Origin: Pecten maximus
Taxonomy: Eukaryota
Assembly: GCF_902652985.1 (NCBI RefSeq)
Contig: NC_047027.1
Coordinates: forward strand, 7,006,001 to 7,070,000
Direction of reading: 5' to 3'
Length of the DNA: 64,000 nt
Each line of letters starts with the position of its first letter. Positions within the stretch are counted from its first letter, which is position 1. Below the pieces are notes generated by a model, which was not told where the DNA came from, made no database searches, and saw only the letters and a program-made list of their open reading frames with translations. The position numbers were made by a program, and so were the translations under genes. Shown here piece after piece: positions 1 through 12,688 of the stretch.

Positions 1-1735
1 TAAAGTCAGCGGTCGGTAAAACCAGTTGTCGGTAAAGTCAGTGGTCGGTCAAGTCAGTGGTCGGTAAAGTCAGTTGTCGGTAAAGTCAGTGGTCGGTTAT
101 GTCAGTGGTCGGTAAAGTCAGCGGTCGGTAAAGTCAGTTGTCAGTAAAGTCAGCGGTCGGTTATGTCAGTGGTCGGTAAAGTCAGTGGTCGGTAAAGTCA
201 GCGGTCGGTAAAGTCAGTGGTCGGTAAAGTCAGTGGTCGGTAAAGTCAGTTGTCGATAAAGTCAGTGGATGGTAAAGTCAGTGGTCGGTAAAGTCAGCGG
301 TCGGTAAAGTCAGTGGTCGGTAAAGTCAGTGGTCGGTAAAGTCAGTTGTCGATAAAGTCAGTGGATGGTAAAGTCAGTGGTCGGCAAAGTCAGTTGTCGA
401 TAAAGTCAGTTATCGGTAAAGTCAGTGGATGGTAAAGTCAGCGGTCGGTAAAGTCAGTTGTCAGTAAAGTCAGCGGTCGGTAAAGTCAGTTGTTGGTTAA
501 GTCAGCGGTCGGTTATGTCAGCGGTCGGTAAAGTCAGTGGTCGATAAAGTCAGTGGTCGGTAAAGTCAGTGGTCGGTCAAGTCAGCGGTCGGTAAAGTAA
601 GTGGTCGGTTAAGTCAGCGGTCGGTTAAGTCAGTGGTCGGTAAAGTCAGTTGTCGGTGATGTCAGTGGTCGGTAAAGTCAGGGGTCGGTAAAATCAGTGG
701 TCGGTGAAGTCAGTGGTCGGTAAAGTCAGTGGTCGGTTATGTCAGTGATCGGTAAAGTAAGCGGTCGGTCAAGTCAGCGGTCGGTCAAGTCAGTGGTCGG
801 TTAAGTTAGTGGTCGGTCAAGTCAGCGGTCGGTCAAGTCAGTGGTCGGTAAAGTTAGTGGTCGGTCAAGACAGCGGTCGGTCAAGTCAGTGGTCGGTAAA
901 GTTAGTGGTCGGTAAAGTCAGCGGTCGGTAAAGTCAGTGGTCGGTAAAGTCAGTTGTCGATAAAGTCAGTGGATGGTAAAGTCAGTGGTCGGTAAAGTCA
1001 GCGGTCGGTAATGTCAGTGGTCGGTAAAGTCAGTTGTCGATAAAGTCAGTTATCGATAAAGTCAGTGGATGGTAAAGTCAGCGGTCGGTAAAGTCAGTTG
1101 TCAGTAAAGTCAGCGGTCGGTAAGGTCAGTTGTTGGTAAAGTCAGCGGTCGGTTATGTCAGCGGTCGGTAGAGTCAGTGGTCGATAAAGTCAGTGGTCGG
1201 TATAGTCAGTGGTCGGTAAAGTCAGCGGTCGGTAAAGTCAGTGGTTGGTAAAGTCAGCGGTCGGTTAATTGAGTGGTCGGTAAAGTCAGTTGTCGGTTAT
1301 GTCAGTGGTCGGTAAAGTCAGGGGTCGGTAAAGTCAGTGTTCGGTAAAGTCAGTTGTCGGTTATGTCAGTGGTCGGCCAAGTCAGTGGTCGGTCAAGTCA
1401 GCGGTCGGTCAAGTTAGTGGTCGGTCAAGTCAGCGGTCGGTAAAGTCAGTTGTCGGTTATGTCAGTTGTCGGTAAAGTCAGTTATCGGTAAAGTCAGTGG
1501 TCGCACAAGTCAGCGGTCGGTCAAGTCAGTTGTCGGTAAAGTCAGTGGTCGGTAAAGTCAGTTGTCGGTTATGTCAGTAGTCGGTAAAGTCAGTTATCGG
1601 TAAAGTCAGTGGTCGGTGAAGTCAGCGGTCGGTAAAGTCAGGGGTCGGTAAAGTCAGTTGTCGGTAAAGTCAGTAGTCGGTAAAGTCAGAGGTCAGCAAA
1701 GTCAGAGGTCAGTAAAGTCAGAGGTCAGCAAAGAG
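1..1735. repeat. 16-bp minisatellite (TAAAGTCAGTGGTCGG), about 108 copies, runs off the window start
   Basis: Direct tandem periodicity of 16 nt with point variants. Confidence 0.97.
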
Positions 1736-2911
1736 AGGTTTCGCTGTATATTGTTAGGATGCTGGTGATTAAGGTACATTGTTTACCGTATAGTATACTA
1801 TAAACAAGTGTTATCATACGACGTTATATTTAGGATTGACTAGTTTCAGTATGTTCGATGAAAAAAAGGATTACATTTAATTAAGGATTGTACTTCATTT
1901 TGAATGCGTTTACGGTAGTATGGCTGCAGTTGGCAACGAACATTTTTTATGGTTAGCGCATTAGTTTAAATCTATAGTAATCACAAGTTCATGTTTATAT
2001 TTATCACTATTTCATGTCTATCCTTAAATTTGCATAAAAAATATCGTTTAAATACAGTACGAAGAAAATGCAATTCAATGTGTGTTGCGACGTTGGTAAC
2101 TACGACAGAAGATAATATAGTTCCAGTGAATCTATACGTAAAGATATAAGTATTGGTAACAAAATTTAAAGAAACAACTCAACATTTTTGTTTAATACTT
2201 ATTCACAATCCACAATTTCCGTCTCGGATTAACTATGGTTGTCAAGCACAGCGTGTATTGACACAGATTTAGTTGTGACGTGGTCAAATGTTCTGTAGAA
2301 ACTGTACGCTTCAGCCATTTTTGTTAGCTTACTTCGTGGAGAAGTTAGATATGGATCCATTTCCGCAATATTCAGTTTAGTTTTTGACAAAATACTCGCT
2401 TCACGTTAGCTTTTTGTGCATAGATCATCGGGCAATAGAAAACGCTAAAATTGAGTTTATCAGTCCTTTCAAAATGGCGTCGTCTAGTTTACCTTCCGGT
2501 AACGTAATAAATAGACGTCATAATTATGTTACCGATTCCCGCGCTTATTACTCCGCTGATCCTTTTTTCACTGCGTATACGCCAATTTATTCGCAATCAG
2601 AGTTTACAAAGCAGAAGAAGCGAGAGATGTAAATATTAATTGATATCCACAGTCCCACTTTATAAGACGAATCCTACAGTCACATAGGCGTAAACTTAGA
2701 CTGTCCAACCAAAATGTAAATGTATCATACATTTCAGTCTCAATAAAAACATGTATATTGTAAAAGTATTTGGTAAAATGACAAATGTAGACTTAAGTAT
2801 TTTTGGAGTGTCGTTCCTCTACATAATCATGTCAGAACGTCATGACGTTACTGATAACCTTTTGACCCGATGGTCCAACAATGGCAAAGAGCACGATTTC
2901 TTATACCTGTA

Positions 2912-2918
2912 TATATAA
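2912..2918 (+). promoter_or_regulatory. TATA box of upstream temptin exon-1 copy
   Basis: TATATAA about 54 nt upstream of ATG 2966; conserved in the second copy (5995-6001). Confidence 0.6.
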
Positions 2919-2965
2919 GTACAGAGATAACTACCACTGGTCTTAGTCTGTCTACACCAGTAAGG

Positions 2966-3145
2966 ATGTTGCTCCAGATTATTGTGGTAGTTTTGGGTCT
3001 GAGTACGTGTTTAGGGAAGATGCCGTACACGAACCAAATCCCAAACGGTCATTCTGTCCCAAACCCGTGTATACCTGGTACTTTGTGGGCGGGCGTCGGG
3101 CACACGTCACCGTCAGGAGGAGGCAACAAAAACTTGTTTGGATGG
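2966..3145 (+). CDS. Duplicated temptin-like exon 1 (signal peptide + N-terminus, 60 aa); alternative first exon or orphan duplicate
   Basis: MLLQIIVVVLGLSTCLG-KMPYTNQIPNGHSVPNPC...GVGH...NLFGW followed by GTAACT donor; differs from 6049-6228 only by S50/A50; no own exon 2 seen before 5900. Confidence 0.7.
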
Positions 3146-3829
3146 GTAACTAATTGTTTGATTTTTGTTGTGTTTTGATTGAGATAGGATTTTGTATCGT
3201 GTTTGTTTGTTTGTTTGTTTTGCTCTAAAAACCTTCGGCTAGCTAGTTTTACCGCATCCTGGTCATGAGAGAGTTCTTTATAAAATTTGAGTCTTCCGAC
3301 TCATCAGTATCATACACAATATGCTAATTAACATAACACTGACAACATCAAAACATAATAACTACGTGCCAGAGACAATATACTCGGAGAGCATAACTAT
3401 GATAATGAAATTCTTTTGACGTTTGCCGCTTTGATATATTTGGCAATTTTTTTCTAATTATTTGGTATTTTGTCCGTATAACTATCAATTTTAACCTACT
3501 TTTTTTTTTTAATAGTAACTTATCAAATCTTTCTCACGTATATCAGAATAACATGGGCATTTTATGTTGACATTTTAACCCCTCCCGCTCTAAAATTGGT
3601 AAACTAGCAAACGTATGTGATATTTATAAACTTGAAACAGCTTTTGTTTAGTACGATATTCTATAACGAATTTAAGGAAATCAAGATATCGTTATACTGT
3701 AGTTTTATTTTAGCTAATGAATATAAACCTATTTATGTAGCTTCTGCTTTTTGGGCCTCTGAAGTTGATCTGGTTGTTAATGCATTCGACTTGCACTTGA
3801 GAGGCCAGGGGTCATTTTGTACTCCATTT

Positions 3830-4918
3830 TTTTTTAGCTCACTTGGAACGAAGGTCCGGTGAGCTTATGTCATGGCGCAGCGTCCGTCGTCCGTCCATCC
3901 GTCGTCCGCCAACATTTGCGTCAAATCGCTACTAGTCAAAAAGTTTCTTATTGGATTTTGACCAAATTTGGCCAAAAACATCCTTGGCAGAAGGGAAACA
4001 GATTTTGCATAAATGGTGACTATGACCCCTACGGGGCCGGAGGGGCGTGGCCCAATAGGGGAAATTGAGGCAATTCCTTTAAATCGCTACTAGTAATAAA
4101 GTTATGAATGGATTTGGACCCAATTTTGTCAGGAACATCCTTGGGCAAAGGGGAACAGATTTTGCGTAAATGGTGACTCTGACCCCGAGGGGCCAAAGGG
4201 TGGGGCCCAATAGAGGAAATAGAGGTAATGCTTTTAAATCGCTACTTGTCATAAAGTTATGAATGGATTTGAACCCAATTTAGTCAGGAACATTCTTGGG
4301 GGAAGGGGAACAGATTTTGCATAAATGGTGACTCTAACCCCCAAGGGGCCGGAGAGGCAGGGCCAAATAGGGGAAATTGAGGCAATTCCTTTAAATCGCT
4401 ACTAGTCATAAAGTTATGAATGGATTTGAACCCAATTTAGTCAGGAACATCCTTTGGGGAAGGGGAACAGATATTGCATAAATGGTGACTCTGACCCCAG
4501 AGGGGCTGGAGGGGTGTGGCCCAATAGGGGAAAATGAGGCAATTCCTTTAAATTGCTACTAGTCATAAAGTTATGAATGGATTTGAACCCAATTTGGTCA
4601 GAAACATCCTTGAGGGAAGGGGAACAGATTTTGCATAAAAGGTGACTCTGACCCCCAAGGGGCCAAAGGGGCGGGGCCCAATAGGGGAAATAATGGTAAT
4701 TCCTTTAAATCGCTACTAGTCATAAAGTTATGAATGCATGTTGTAAACTGAGCGAGTCTGAACTTCTGAATTTCTTTAAAGCAGTTGGGATTCCCACACT
4801 ATAACCATATATAGCATTGTTTGAGGTTGACAAAGAAAACGAATTGAACATGGACATTATTTTGACATTTGGTCAAATCCAACCAGGTGAGCGATACAGG
4901 CCCCATGGGCCTCTTGTT
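3830..4918 (+). mobile_element. Non-autonomous Helentron-associated (HINE-like) element with internal ~157-bp tandem array
   Basis: T-run then GCTCACTTGG, inverted subterminal CCAGGTGAGC (4883), GTCC microsatellite (about 3880-3910), 3' near-palindrome AGGCCCCATGGGCCT; internal units recur at about 3923, 4081, 4237, 4393, 4550, 4707. Architecture matches bivalve HINEs. Confidence 0.8.
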
Positions 4919-5994
4919 GTATTTACGTGACTATTGTTAAATTTAACGTTTGGTTTGTGAATGTTGCTTTCGTCGACTGTCTACTCAATATGATCAGTAA
5001 ATGTATGTACAGAAAATCTATGCCAGGACATGTTTATCTACAATTTACGATCTGACTTCGGAATTACGTAGTCCTGTGCGAAATGTGTGTTATATGGGAG
5101 CGAACACTCTGGAAAAGCTATACAAATAATTCTGCCGAGGAGTTAGAGCTCGTGCATAGATATGAGTGGTGGCGATGTATTGGATTACAGAAAACGTCTT
5201 CAACTTCAGTAACCACTCGATGTTTAGATTTCAATATCTGGAGCAAGGTAGAAATATATATAAAAAAACGTTAGATTAGAACAAGTTGTGTCTAGGAAGA
5301 AGAATTACTTAGATAGTCCACAGTACATTGTCATCAGGGAGTCAATGTCATACTGGAGTCGAGTACAAAACAGGGGTCAAGTGTGGATGTTTTCAACTGA
5401 AGAATATGCTTACAAAAATTTTAATGTAGACGTTCTAAAAGTTTGGTGTCACAAAACCCCCGAACTTCACAGCCATATATGATATAATAGGCTTATTAGA
5501 TTTATAAAAAAAATATCTAATATAAGGAAGAATCATGTAGTCGGTAAACCAGTACCTGTGCTGCTCACATGCAAATAAAAAGTAATTATTCTATAAACTA
5601 TAGTTTTAAAATTAAGTATTTCGTAAAATGACTTTCGTCTTAAAGGGACTAAATGGCTAGATTTCCACTTAAATAATATATAAAAAAAGGGTATACGATT
5701 TAAAATGATGTAAAAAGTTATGTACTTTATGTTAATTGTACATTTCGAAGTTGATAAACATTGCCAATATTTCATAAAAAGTGTCATAATTCTGTAAACA
5801 ATCTAATTTCAAGTATCACAACGCTTTCCGGAAATCAAATGCATGTAGAAATTATTGAAATCTAACCATTTAGTCCCTTTAAATATCCTAAAGTAGTTTT
5901 TGAGTGACAGTCCTAATCATGTCGGAATGTCATGAGGTAACTGATAACTTTTGACCCAATGGCCGACCAGAGAGCACGATTTCTCATACCTGTA

Positions 5995-6001
5995 TATATA
6001 A
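5995..6001 (+). promoter_or_regulatory. TATA box of temptin-like gene
   Basis: TATATAA about 54 nt upstream of ATG 6049. Confidence 0.6.
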
Positions 6002-6048
6002 GTACAGAGATAACTAACACTGGTCTTGTTCTGTCTACACCAGTAAGG

Positions 6049-8084
6049 ATGTTGCTCCAGATTATTGTGGTAGTTTTGGGTCTGAGTACGTGTTTAGGGA
6101 AGATGCCGTACACGAACCAAATCCCAAACGGTCATTCTGTCCCAAACCCGTGTATACCTGGTACTTTGTGGGCGGGCGTCGGGCACACGTCACCGGCAGG
6201 AGGAGGCAACAAAAACTTGTTTGGATGGGTAACTAATTGTTTGATTTTTGATGTATTTTTTCTGCTCTTAAGGTCACGCAATAGTTTCATACAGAATACA
6301 TAATAGTAAAATGGTTTCAGTTTCAACAATAATTGGTTATATTGTGTTTAATATTTTGGCCCATTATCACTGACTTATAGCTAGTTGTTCTGTCGAAATC
6401 TCTCGGAAACTGATAGTAATGGAAACATTGTATTTTTACTGGTTCTATCAAAATCATTCCTTTTAAGCATACATATGTATTGTTTTTTTCCGTGAGTTTG
6501 TGGTCAAAATTGATAATAAACATTGATAATGTAAACCATGCTGGTGAAATATGAATGTCGTCATTAAATATGATTGGTTGTTCCAATAATATAGATTTTT
6601 TTTACCTCCGATTTAAAGTCGGTTACTATCAGCTGATCTTTCAACACATTTTCATCTCTATCTATAACTATTTGCTCTTTAATAATCATAATTTCGGCTC
6701 CGTCTATACTTATTGGCTGTTCCATTAAAATAGTGTCGTCTCTGTCTATAATTATTTGCTGTTCTGTTTATATAGCTTCGCCTCCATTTATAACTTTTGG
6801 CCGTTCTATTTACATAGTTTCGCGTCTATCTATAACTATTGGCTGTTCTATTTACTTAGTTTCGCGTCTGTCTATAACTATCGGTGTTCTATTTACTTAG
6901 TTTCGGGTCCATCTATAACAATTGGCTGTTCTGTTTACTTAGTTTCGCGTCCATCTATAACAATTGGCTGTTCTGTTAACTTAGTTTCGCGTCCATCTAT
7001 AACTATTGGCTGTTCTGTTTACTTAGTTTCGGGTCCATCTATAACAATTGACTGTTCTATTTATACAGGTTTTGCCTCTCAGTCTGTTATTCTTAGTTGG
7101 TACCTGGTTCTACAGTTATTGGTGTCATACATTTTTGTTGGAGTTGGATGTGAAAACCATCAACTATTGTATCTTGCAGGCTTTCGCTGATCATGGCCAT
7201 ACTTGGACTGCGGCTCTCTGTGGAGAGGATACTGATGGTGATGGTATGACTAATGGTGAGGAGCTTGGGGACCCCGGATGTGTGTGGACTGTTGGTGATA
7301 CTCCTACACACGCAGCTACCCATCACCCAGGTATGTTACAGGACACTTAACACCTTTAATACACAGGGGGGTCCTACCTAAACGATCATAGCTGGGTTTT
7401 TTTATTTGATTTCAACATATTTTATTGTATCTTATTATATACAAGGGAATTGGGCACACGTTATCAAACTTATATTAAGCCCATAGCTGTTGATAAGACA
7501 TTAAACAATACACAGGGGGGGGGGGGGGGGGGGGGGGGGGTCCTACCTGAATGACCTTAGCTGTTAATAGGACGCTAAATATTACACAGGAGAGGCCATC
7601 CTACCTGATTGACCTTAGCTGTTAATAGGGCGTTAAACAATACACAGGAGAGGCCATCCTACCTAAATGACCTTAGCTGGTAATAGGACGTTAAACATTA
7701 CACAGGGGAGGCCATCCTTCCTAAATGACCTTAGCTGGTAATAGGACGTTAAACATTACACAGGGGATGCCGTCCTACCTGAATGACCTTAGCTGTTAAT
7801 AGGACAATAAACATTACACAGGAGAGGCTGTCCTACCTGATTGACATTAGCTGTTGATAGGACGTTAAACAATTCATAGGGGCGGGCTCCTACCTGAAGG
7901 TAAATTATGGCTTGAAATGGACGCGACTTTCATTTATCCAGTCCTGCACGCACCTTGTCACTTAAATTCACTGATATCCTGATATTTTTGTTTTGTTTTA
8001 GGAATTTGTGACCCGGTGACATTGACTGAATGTATGCATAAAAACAGCGATTGGGAGATCGATTGTTATTTAGCCATGTACTAG
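6049..8084 (+). CDS. Temptin-like secreted protein, 137 aa; exons 6049-6228, 7180-7330, 8002-8084
   Basis: GT-AG introns, phases 0 and 1, join in frame. Motifs IPNG-x-SVPNPC, GVGH, NxFG, WT-x-x-LC-x-x-DTDGDGMTNGEELGDP-x-CVW and HPG match the Aplysia temptin family. Exon 3 (ICDPVTLTECMHKNSDWEIDCYLAMY*) is not in the ORF track. Confidence 0.9.
6655..7065. repeat. 42-bp minisatellite in temptin intron 1
   Basis: ATCTATAAC(A/T)ATTGGCTGTTCT...GTCC recurs at 42-nt spacing (6911, 6953). Confidence 0.9.
7355..7900 (+). repeat. 58-bp tandem repeat in temptin intron 2, derived from a SINE 3' tail; includes poly-G 7516-7540
   Basis: Unit ACACAGGAGAGGCCATCCTACCTAAATGACCTTAGCTGTTAATAGGACGTTAAACATT (7584, 7642...); resembles the reverse complement of about 9455-9505. 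Confidence 0.85.
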
Positions 8085-8277
8085 AGTGTTTTGCCGACTT
8101 CGTTTTCATCGGAGTACCTGGGCATGACAAGGAATCGACAGTTTGTAATATATCCGTGTTATACACACTGATTTTTATACTTCCGGTCATAGAGTATACT
8201 GTTACATCTTACTTTTCAATAAAAAATATAACGTACAAGTGTTGTTTTGTCAACTCCAAAATATACCTAAATATATT

Positions 8278-9259
8278 GATTATTCCAGTTATCGGGAGGT
8301 AATCATCGAATCGGGAAATGTTCGGGGTCCTCATTGTCTGATTATTCCAGTTATCGGGAGGTAATCATCCGATCGGGAAATGTTCGGGGTCCTCATTGTC
8401 TGATTATTCCAGTTATCGGGAGGTAATCATCGAATCGGGAAATGTTCGGGGTCCTCATTGTCTGATTATTCCAGTTATCGGGAGAAAATAAACCCATCGG
8501 GAAATGTTCGGGGTCCTCATTGTCTGATTATTCCAGTTATCGGGAGGTAATCATCGAATCGGGAAATGTTCGGGGTCCTCATTGTCTGATTATTCCAGTT
8601 ATCGGGAGAAAATAAACCCATCGGGAAATGTTCGGGGTCCTCCTTGTCTGATTATTCCAGTTATCGGGAGTTAATCATCCGATCGGGAAGTGTTCGGGGT
8701 CCTCATTGTCTGATTATTCCAGTTATCGGGAGGTAATCATCCGATCGGGAAGTGTTCGGGGTCCTCATTGTCTGATTATTCCAGTTATCGGGAGGTAATC
8801 ATCCGATCGGGAAGTGTTCGGGGTCCTCATTGTCTGATTATTCCAGTTATCGGGAGTTAATCATCCGATCGGGAAGTGTTCGGGGTCCTCATTGTCTGAT
8901 TATTCCAGTTATCGGGAGAAAATAAACCCATCGGGAAATGTTCGGGGTCCTCCTTGTCTGATTATTCCAGTTATCGGGAGTTAATCATCCGATCGGGAAG
9001 TGTTCGGGGTCCTCATTGTCTGATTATTCCAGTTATCGGGAGGTAATCATCCGATCGGGAAGTGTTCGGGGTCCTCATTCTCTGATTATTCCAGTTATCG
9101 GGAGGTAATCATCCGATCGGGAAGTGTTCGGGGTCCTCATTGTCTGATTATTCCAGTTATCGGGAGGTAATCATCCGATCGGGAAGTGTTCGGGGTCCTC
9201 ATTGTCTGATTATTCCAGTTATCGGGAGGTAATCATCCGATCGGGAAGTGTTCGGGGTC
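8278..9259. repeat. 62-bp minisatellite, about 16 copies, just downstream of temptin
   Basis: GATTATTCCAGTTATCGGGAGG...GGGGTCCTCATTGTCT repeated head-to-tail without unique spacers. Confidence 0.96.
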
Positions 9260-9434
9260 TCCATGTCTCTGGTGGAGGTCCGAGGTAAGTGTTCGATCCC
9301 TACCTGCGGGGATCATATAAAAGTGAGATACGGGTCTTTCTTTGTTGTTGTGATTGTCTTTTGAATATACCCTTGTTTCCAGTTGCTCTGAATAACATGT
9401 TACTGGTTTATCGTATGTTTTTCAATGAAGTAGG

Positions 9435-10130
9435 GTTGGTTTCGTTTTCCATTGTTAAGCGTTCTATCAACAGCTAAGATCATTTTAGACGGGTCCTCCT
9501 GTGTGTGAGATTCACGTCTGTGGTGAGTGAGTGTTGTTAGAAGATGTGATATACTCATGATTGTCTCCTTGTGATGGAGCGGAACTGATGGCGACTTTAT
9601 AGTACTAATTAACTGAAGTATATTGCTGAATACACCCAGCAGGACACCCCACCCGGTCATTGGCGGTTGATGGAACGTTAAACAATAAAAAACCCAGAGC
9701 AAACCTGACAACCAACGAACCAGTCGCCCCACTCATAAAATGCTGAGCGTTAAGCAGGAATAGCAACTACCATCTTATAGACTCTGGAATGTCTCGGCCA
9801 TTTGACAAAACCCAACGCCTTTCTCACAGGACGCAAAGTGAGGCAGTGTCAAGGGAGACATTGGGACGAAAAATGTTTGTTAATCCAAATGTGAGGCAAT
9901 GTCAAGGGAGACATTGGGACGAAAAATGTTTGTTAATCCAAATGTGAGGCAATGTCAAGGGAGACATTGGGACGAAAAATGTTTGTAAGTCCAAAAGTGA
10001 GGCAGTGTCAAGGGAGACATTGGGACGAAAAATGTTTGCAAGAAAGAATGCGATATCCCAAATTTAGTCGCCTCTTATGACTCGTGCAATGTGAGCAGCA
10101 GGTACGATGATTACGCCCTACCTGTAGGGC
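9435..10130 (-). mobile_element. Decayed molluscan SINE (Meta/Deu-domain-like) with internal 53-bp x4 duplication (9838-10040)
   Basis: Reverse complement contains GAGGCGACTAAATTTGGGAT, ATGGTAGTTGCT..CCTGCTTAACGCTCAGCAT and CTTCAGT..TAGTACTATAAA, shared with 14847-15140; family assignment from recalled consensus. Confidence 0.7.
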
Positions 10131-11669
10131 ATCAGCCACCATATACATTGTACTACAAGAAGATCCGTCCCAAAATGACTGACGTCACTGGGTGTTAAAC
10201 AACCAAGAAGTCACTGCAAATATGGGCCGGGAACATGGCCAAGATTATATTTGAGTCAAGTACTAATCCTCCAACAAAAGCTGAGCTCATAAAACTTGGT
10301 ACAGTGGAAAGATCATTGAAAATTGAACCAATTTATCAACTTAATACTGTGGGATTTAATGACATGACGTAGTGGTCACGTGACTTCAGACTTGAAAATA
10401 TAAAAATATGAAACATCCCTACAAAAATCCTTTGGTGAGTGCGGACTGCATTGCATCCCACTCAGTTTACATGTCACGAATTTCTTACAGCTTTATTGTA
10501 ATCAAGATGTCTTATCAAGTGACTAACATCCTTCTCCTAGCCTCGTTTTCATTGGTCGTCATGGCCTATAATTAAGTCCGGAAATCTTCCTCTCGTAAGA
10601 CAGGATACGAATATTTGGTTTCACCAACACTGACGTTCTGAGTGAAGTATCTCGTGTTGTCCGTCATCACGGTAAGGTACTTCTGGCCTAATTAAACTGC
10701 CTTACGCAAAAATGGGAAACAAAAACAAAACAAAAACAAAAACAAAAAAACCCCGTAAATGTCATATTATTTGTCATTTGTTCTTTCCATGAGAAAACAC
10801 CCATGCATATTGGCCCGTTTCGACCTAACCGTGACCGTTTTCAAAATCAAACAATGTATGTTAAAAACTAAGTTTTTGAATAAAAACCTTAAATATATAA
10901 CAAAGCGATGGAATTCCATGATAGTGTGCGGCTTTTATTCTTGTTATCTATTTCGACCTTTACCGGAAAGTCTTAGGCCTTGGTCTACCGGATTCTTTAA
11001 GATTACTGTGTCAGCCAAGAAATACTTAAATCCCGAAAACAAAAATAGGCATATCGTGGAAATAAACCTGTCCTCAAAATAAAATAGAATATATAATGCA
11101 CCTCTTGATCCCAGTTGGCAACAATGTTTGAATTATGATATATTATAAAAACCTTTTTACCGTTTTTTACTCTTGAACAATATTTCCAAAACCTTTGTTA
11201 TAGCTGGCAGAGAGGGTCTTTCTAAATAAATTTTATGCATTCTTAGAAAATTGTGAGCGCATTTACTAGTCCATGATACGGTAGAAAGTTGGCGTTCACA
11301 TGAAAAGTATTTATACATTCTTCAAATCATCTCAGTTTTTAATTAGGTCACTCAATGTAATCATACTTTTTTCTTCAATCTAAGAATAAAAGCAGGTTTA
11401 TTATTTATTTTGATATCCTCCTTATTGTACCACACAGCAGTTTTCTTAATTGTTTCTTGTCTACTAATCGTCAGGACTTCCGAATTATTTAATGTATCCC
11501 ATGCTTCAAAAACATCTTTCCAAAATAATTTTGAACAATTGGATCTACAGAATATTCATTTTCACAATTACACAGACAACATACTACATTATATTGTTTC
11601 TAACAGTGACAGGCCATCTCACTATGACCAAAGACAACATGCTAAATTGTTTATAACATTAATACATTT

Positions 11670-12252
11670 CTCACTTTAATATACAGGTTTCCTATCAAAT
11701 TATACTTTTCTCACTTAATATACAGACTTCCTATGAAATAATGCATTTCTCGCTTTAATATACAGACTTCCTATCAAATTATACATTTCTCATTTAATAT
11801 ACACATATCCTATCAAATTATACATTTCTAAAATTAATAGACAGACTTCATATCAAATTATACATTTCTCAAATTAATATACAGACTTCATATCAAATTA
11901 TACATTTCTCAAATTAATATACAGACTTCATATCAAATTATACATTTCTCAAATTAATATACAGACTTCCTATCAAATTATACATTTCTCAAACTAATAT
12001 ACAGACTTCCTATCAAATGATACATTTCTCAAATTAATATACAGACTTCATATCAAATTATACATTTCTCAAATTAATATACAGACTTCATATGAAATAA
12101 TGCATTTCTCAAATTAATATACAGACTTCATATGAAATAATGCATTTCTCGCTTTAATATACAGACTTCCTATCAAATGAAGACTTCCTATCAAATTATA
12201 CATTTCTCACTTTATATACAGACTTCGTATCAAATGATACATATTTCTCACT
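11670..12252. repeat. 40-bp AT-rich minisatellite
   Basis: AAATTAATATACAGACTTCATATCAAATTATACATTTCTC repeated about 14 times. Confidence 0.93.
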
Positions 12253-12612
12253 TAAAATGAATTTTATTGTCCCATCAATAATCAGCACTCATCAAAACTT
12301 CCACCACATATAACATTTTTATTTCCCAACATACTTATTTTTGTTAACCAGGACAAGAAATGTAAAGCGTTGATAGGTCCCAATTCCCACGCTTCTTTTG
12401 CCTTCTGGAAATGTCTGGACATGTCTTGCGTCAGCAAATCATCACTAATTTTATTTTCCACAAGGTTACGAATGTCTATGAATAATTTTTATTTGTAATG
12501 GATTTTTTGTTGTAAAAACAGATGACTGGGGAATTTCACGAAGAGACATTAAGTGTTTTCATACAGATATCAAATACCGGAAAACCGTTACAGAGGCTGA
12601 AAACCACGGTGT

Positions 12613-12640
12613 CTATATATAGATATACGAACGTATAAAT
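12613..12640 (+). promoter_or_regulatory. MEF2-consensus site (CTATATATAG) plus TATAAAT, paralogue A (same arrangement in B and C)
   Basis: Matches YTAWWWWTAR; TATA 55 nt upstream of ATG. Confidence 0.55.
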
Positions 12641-12688
12641 AGGGAAGAGTACAGGGATGCTATATCACAAACACCACTGATACCAGAC

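Noticed and set aside
2384-2632. Gene start at AAAATGGCG (YY1-like) with CTTCCGG
   Set aside because: CpG-richer patch with promoter-like motifs, but no supportable downstream exons or homology.
6756-7190. 144-aa ORF with Cys-containing 14-aa repeats
   Set aside because: Read-through of the intronic 42-bp minisatellite.
8278-9259. CRISPR-like appearance of the 62-bp array (also the 47-bp and 35-bp arrays)
   Set aside because: No unique spacers, eukaryotic context, no cas genes.
10560-10680. TATA-like sequence plus possible non-coding exon ending in GTAAGG upstream of A
   Set aside because: No matching acceptor established, and A has its own TATA; unsupported without transcripts.
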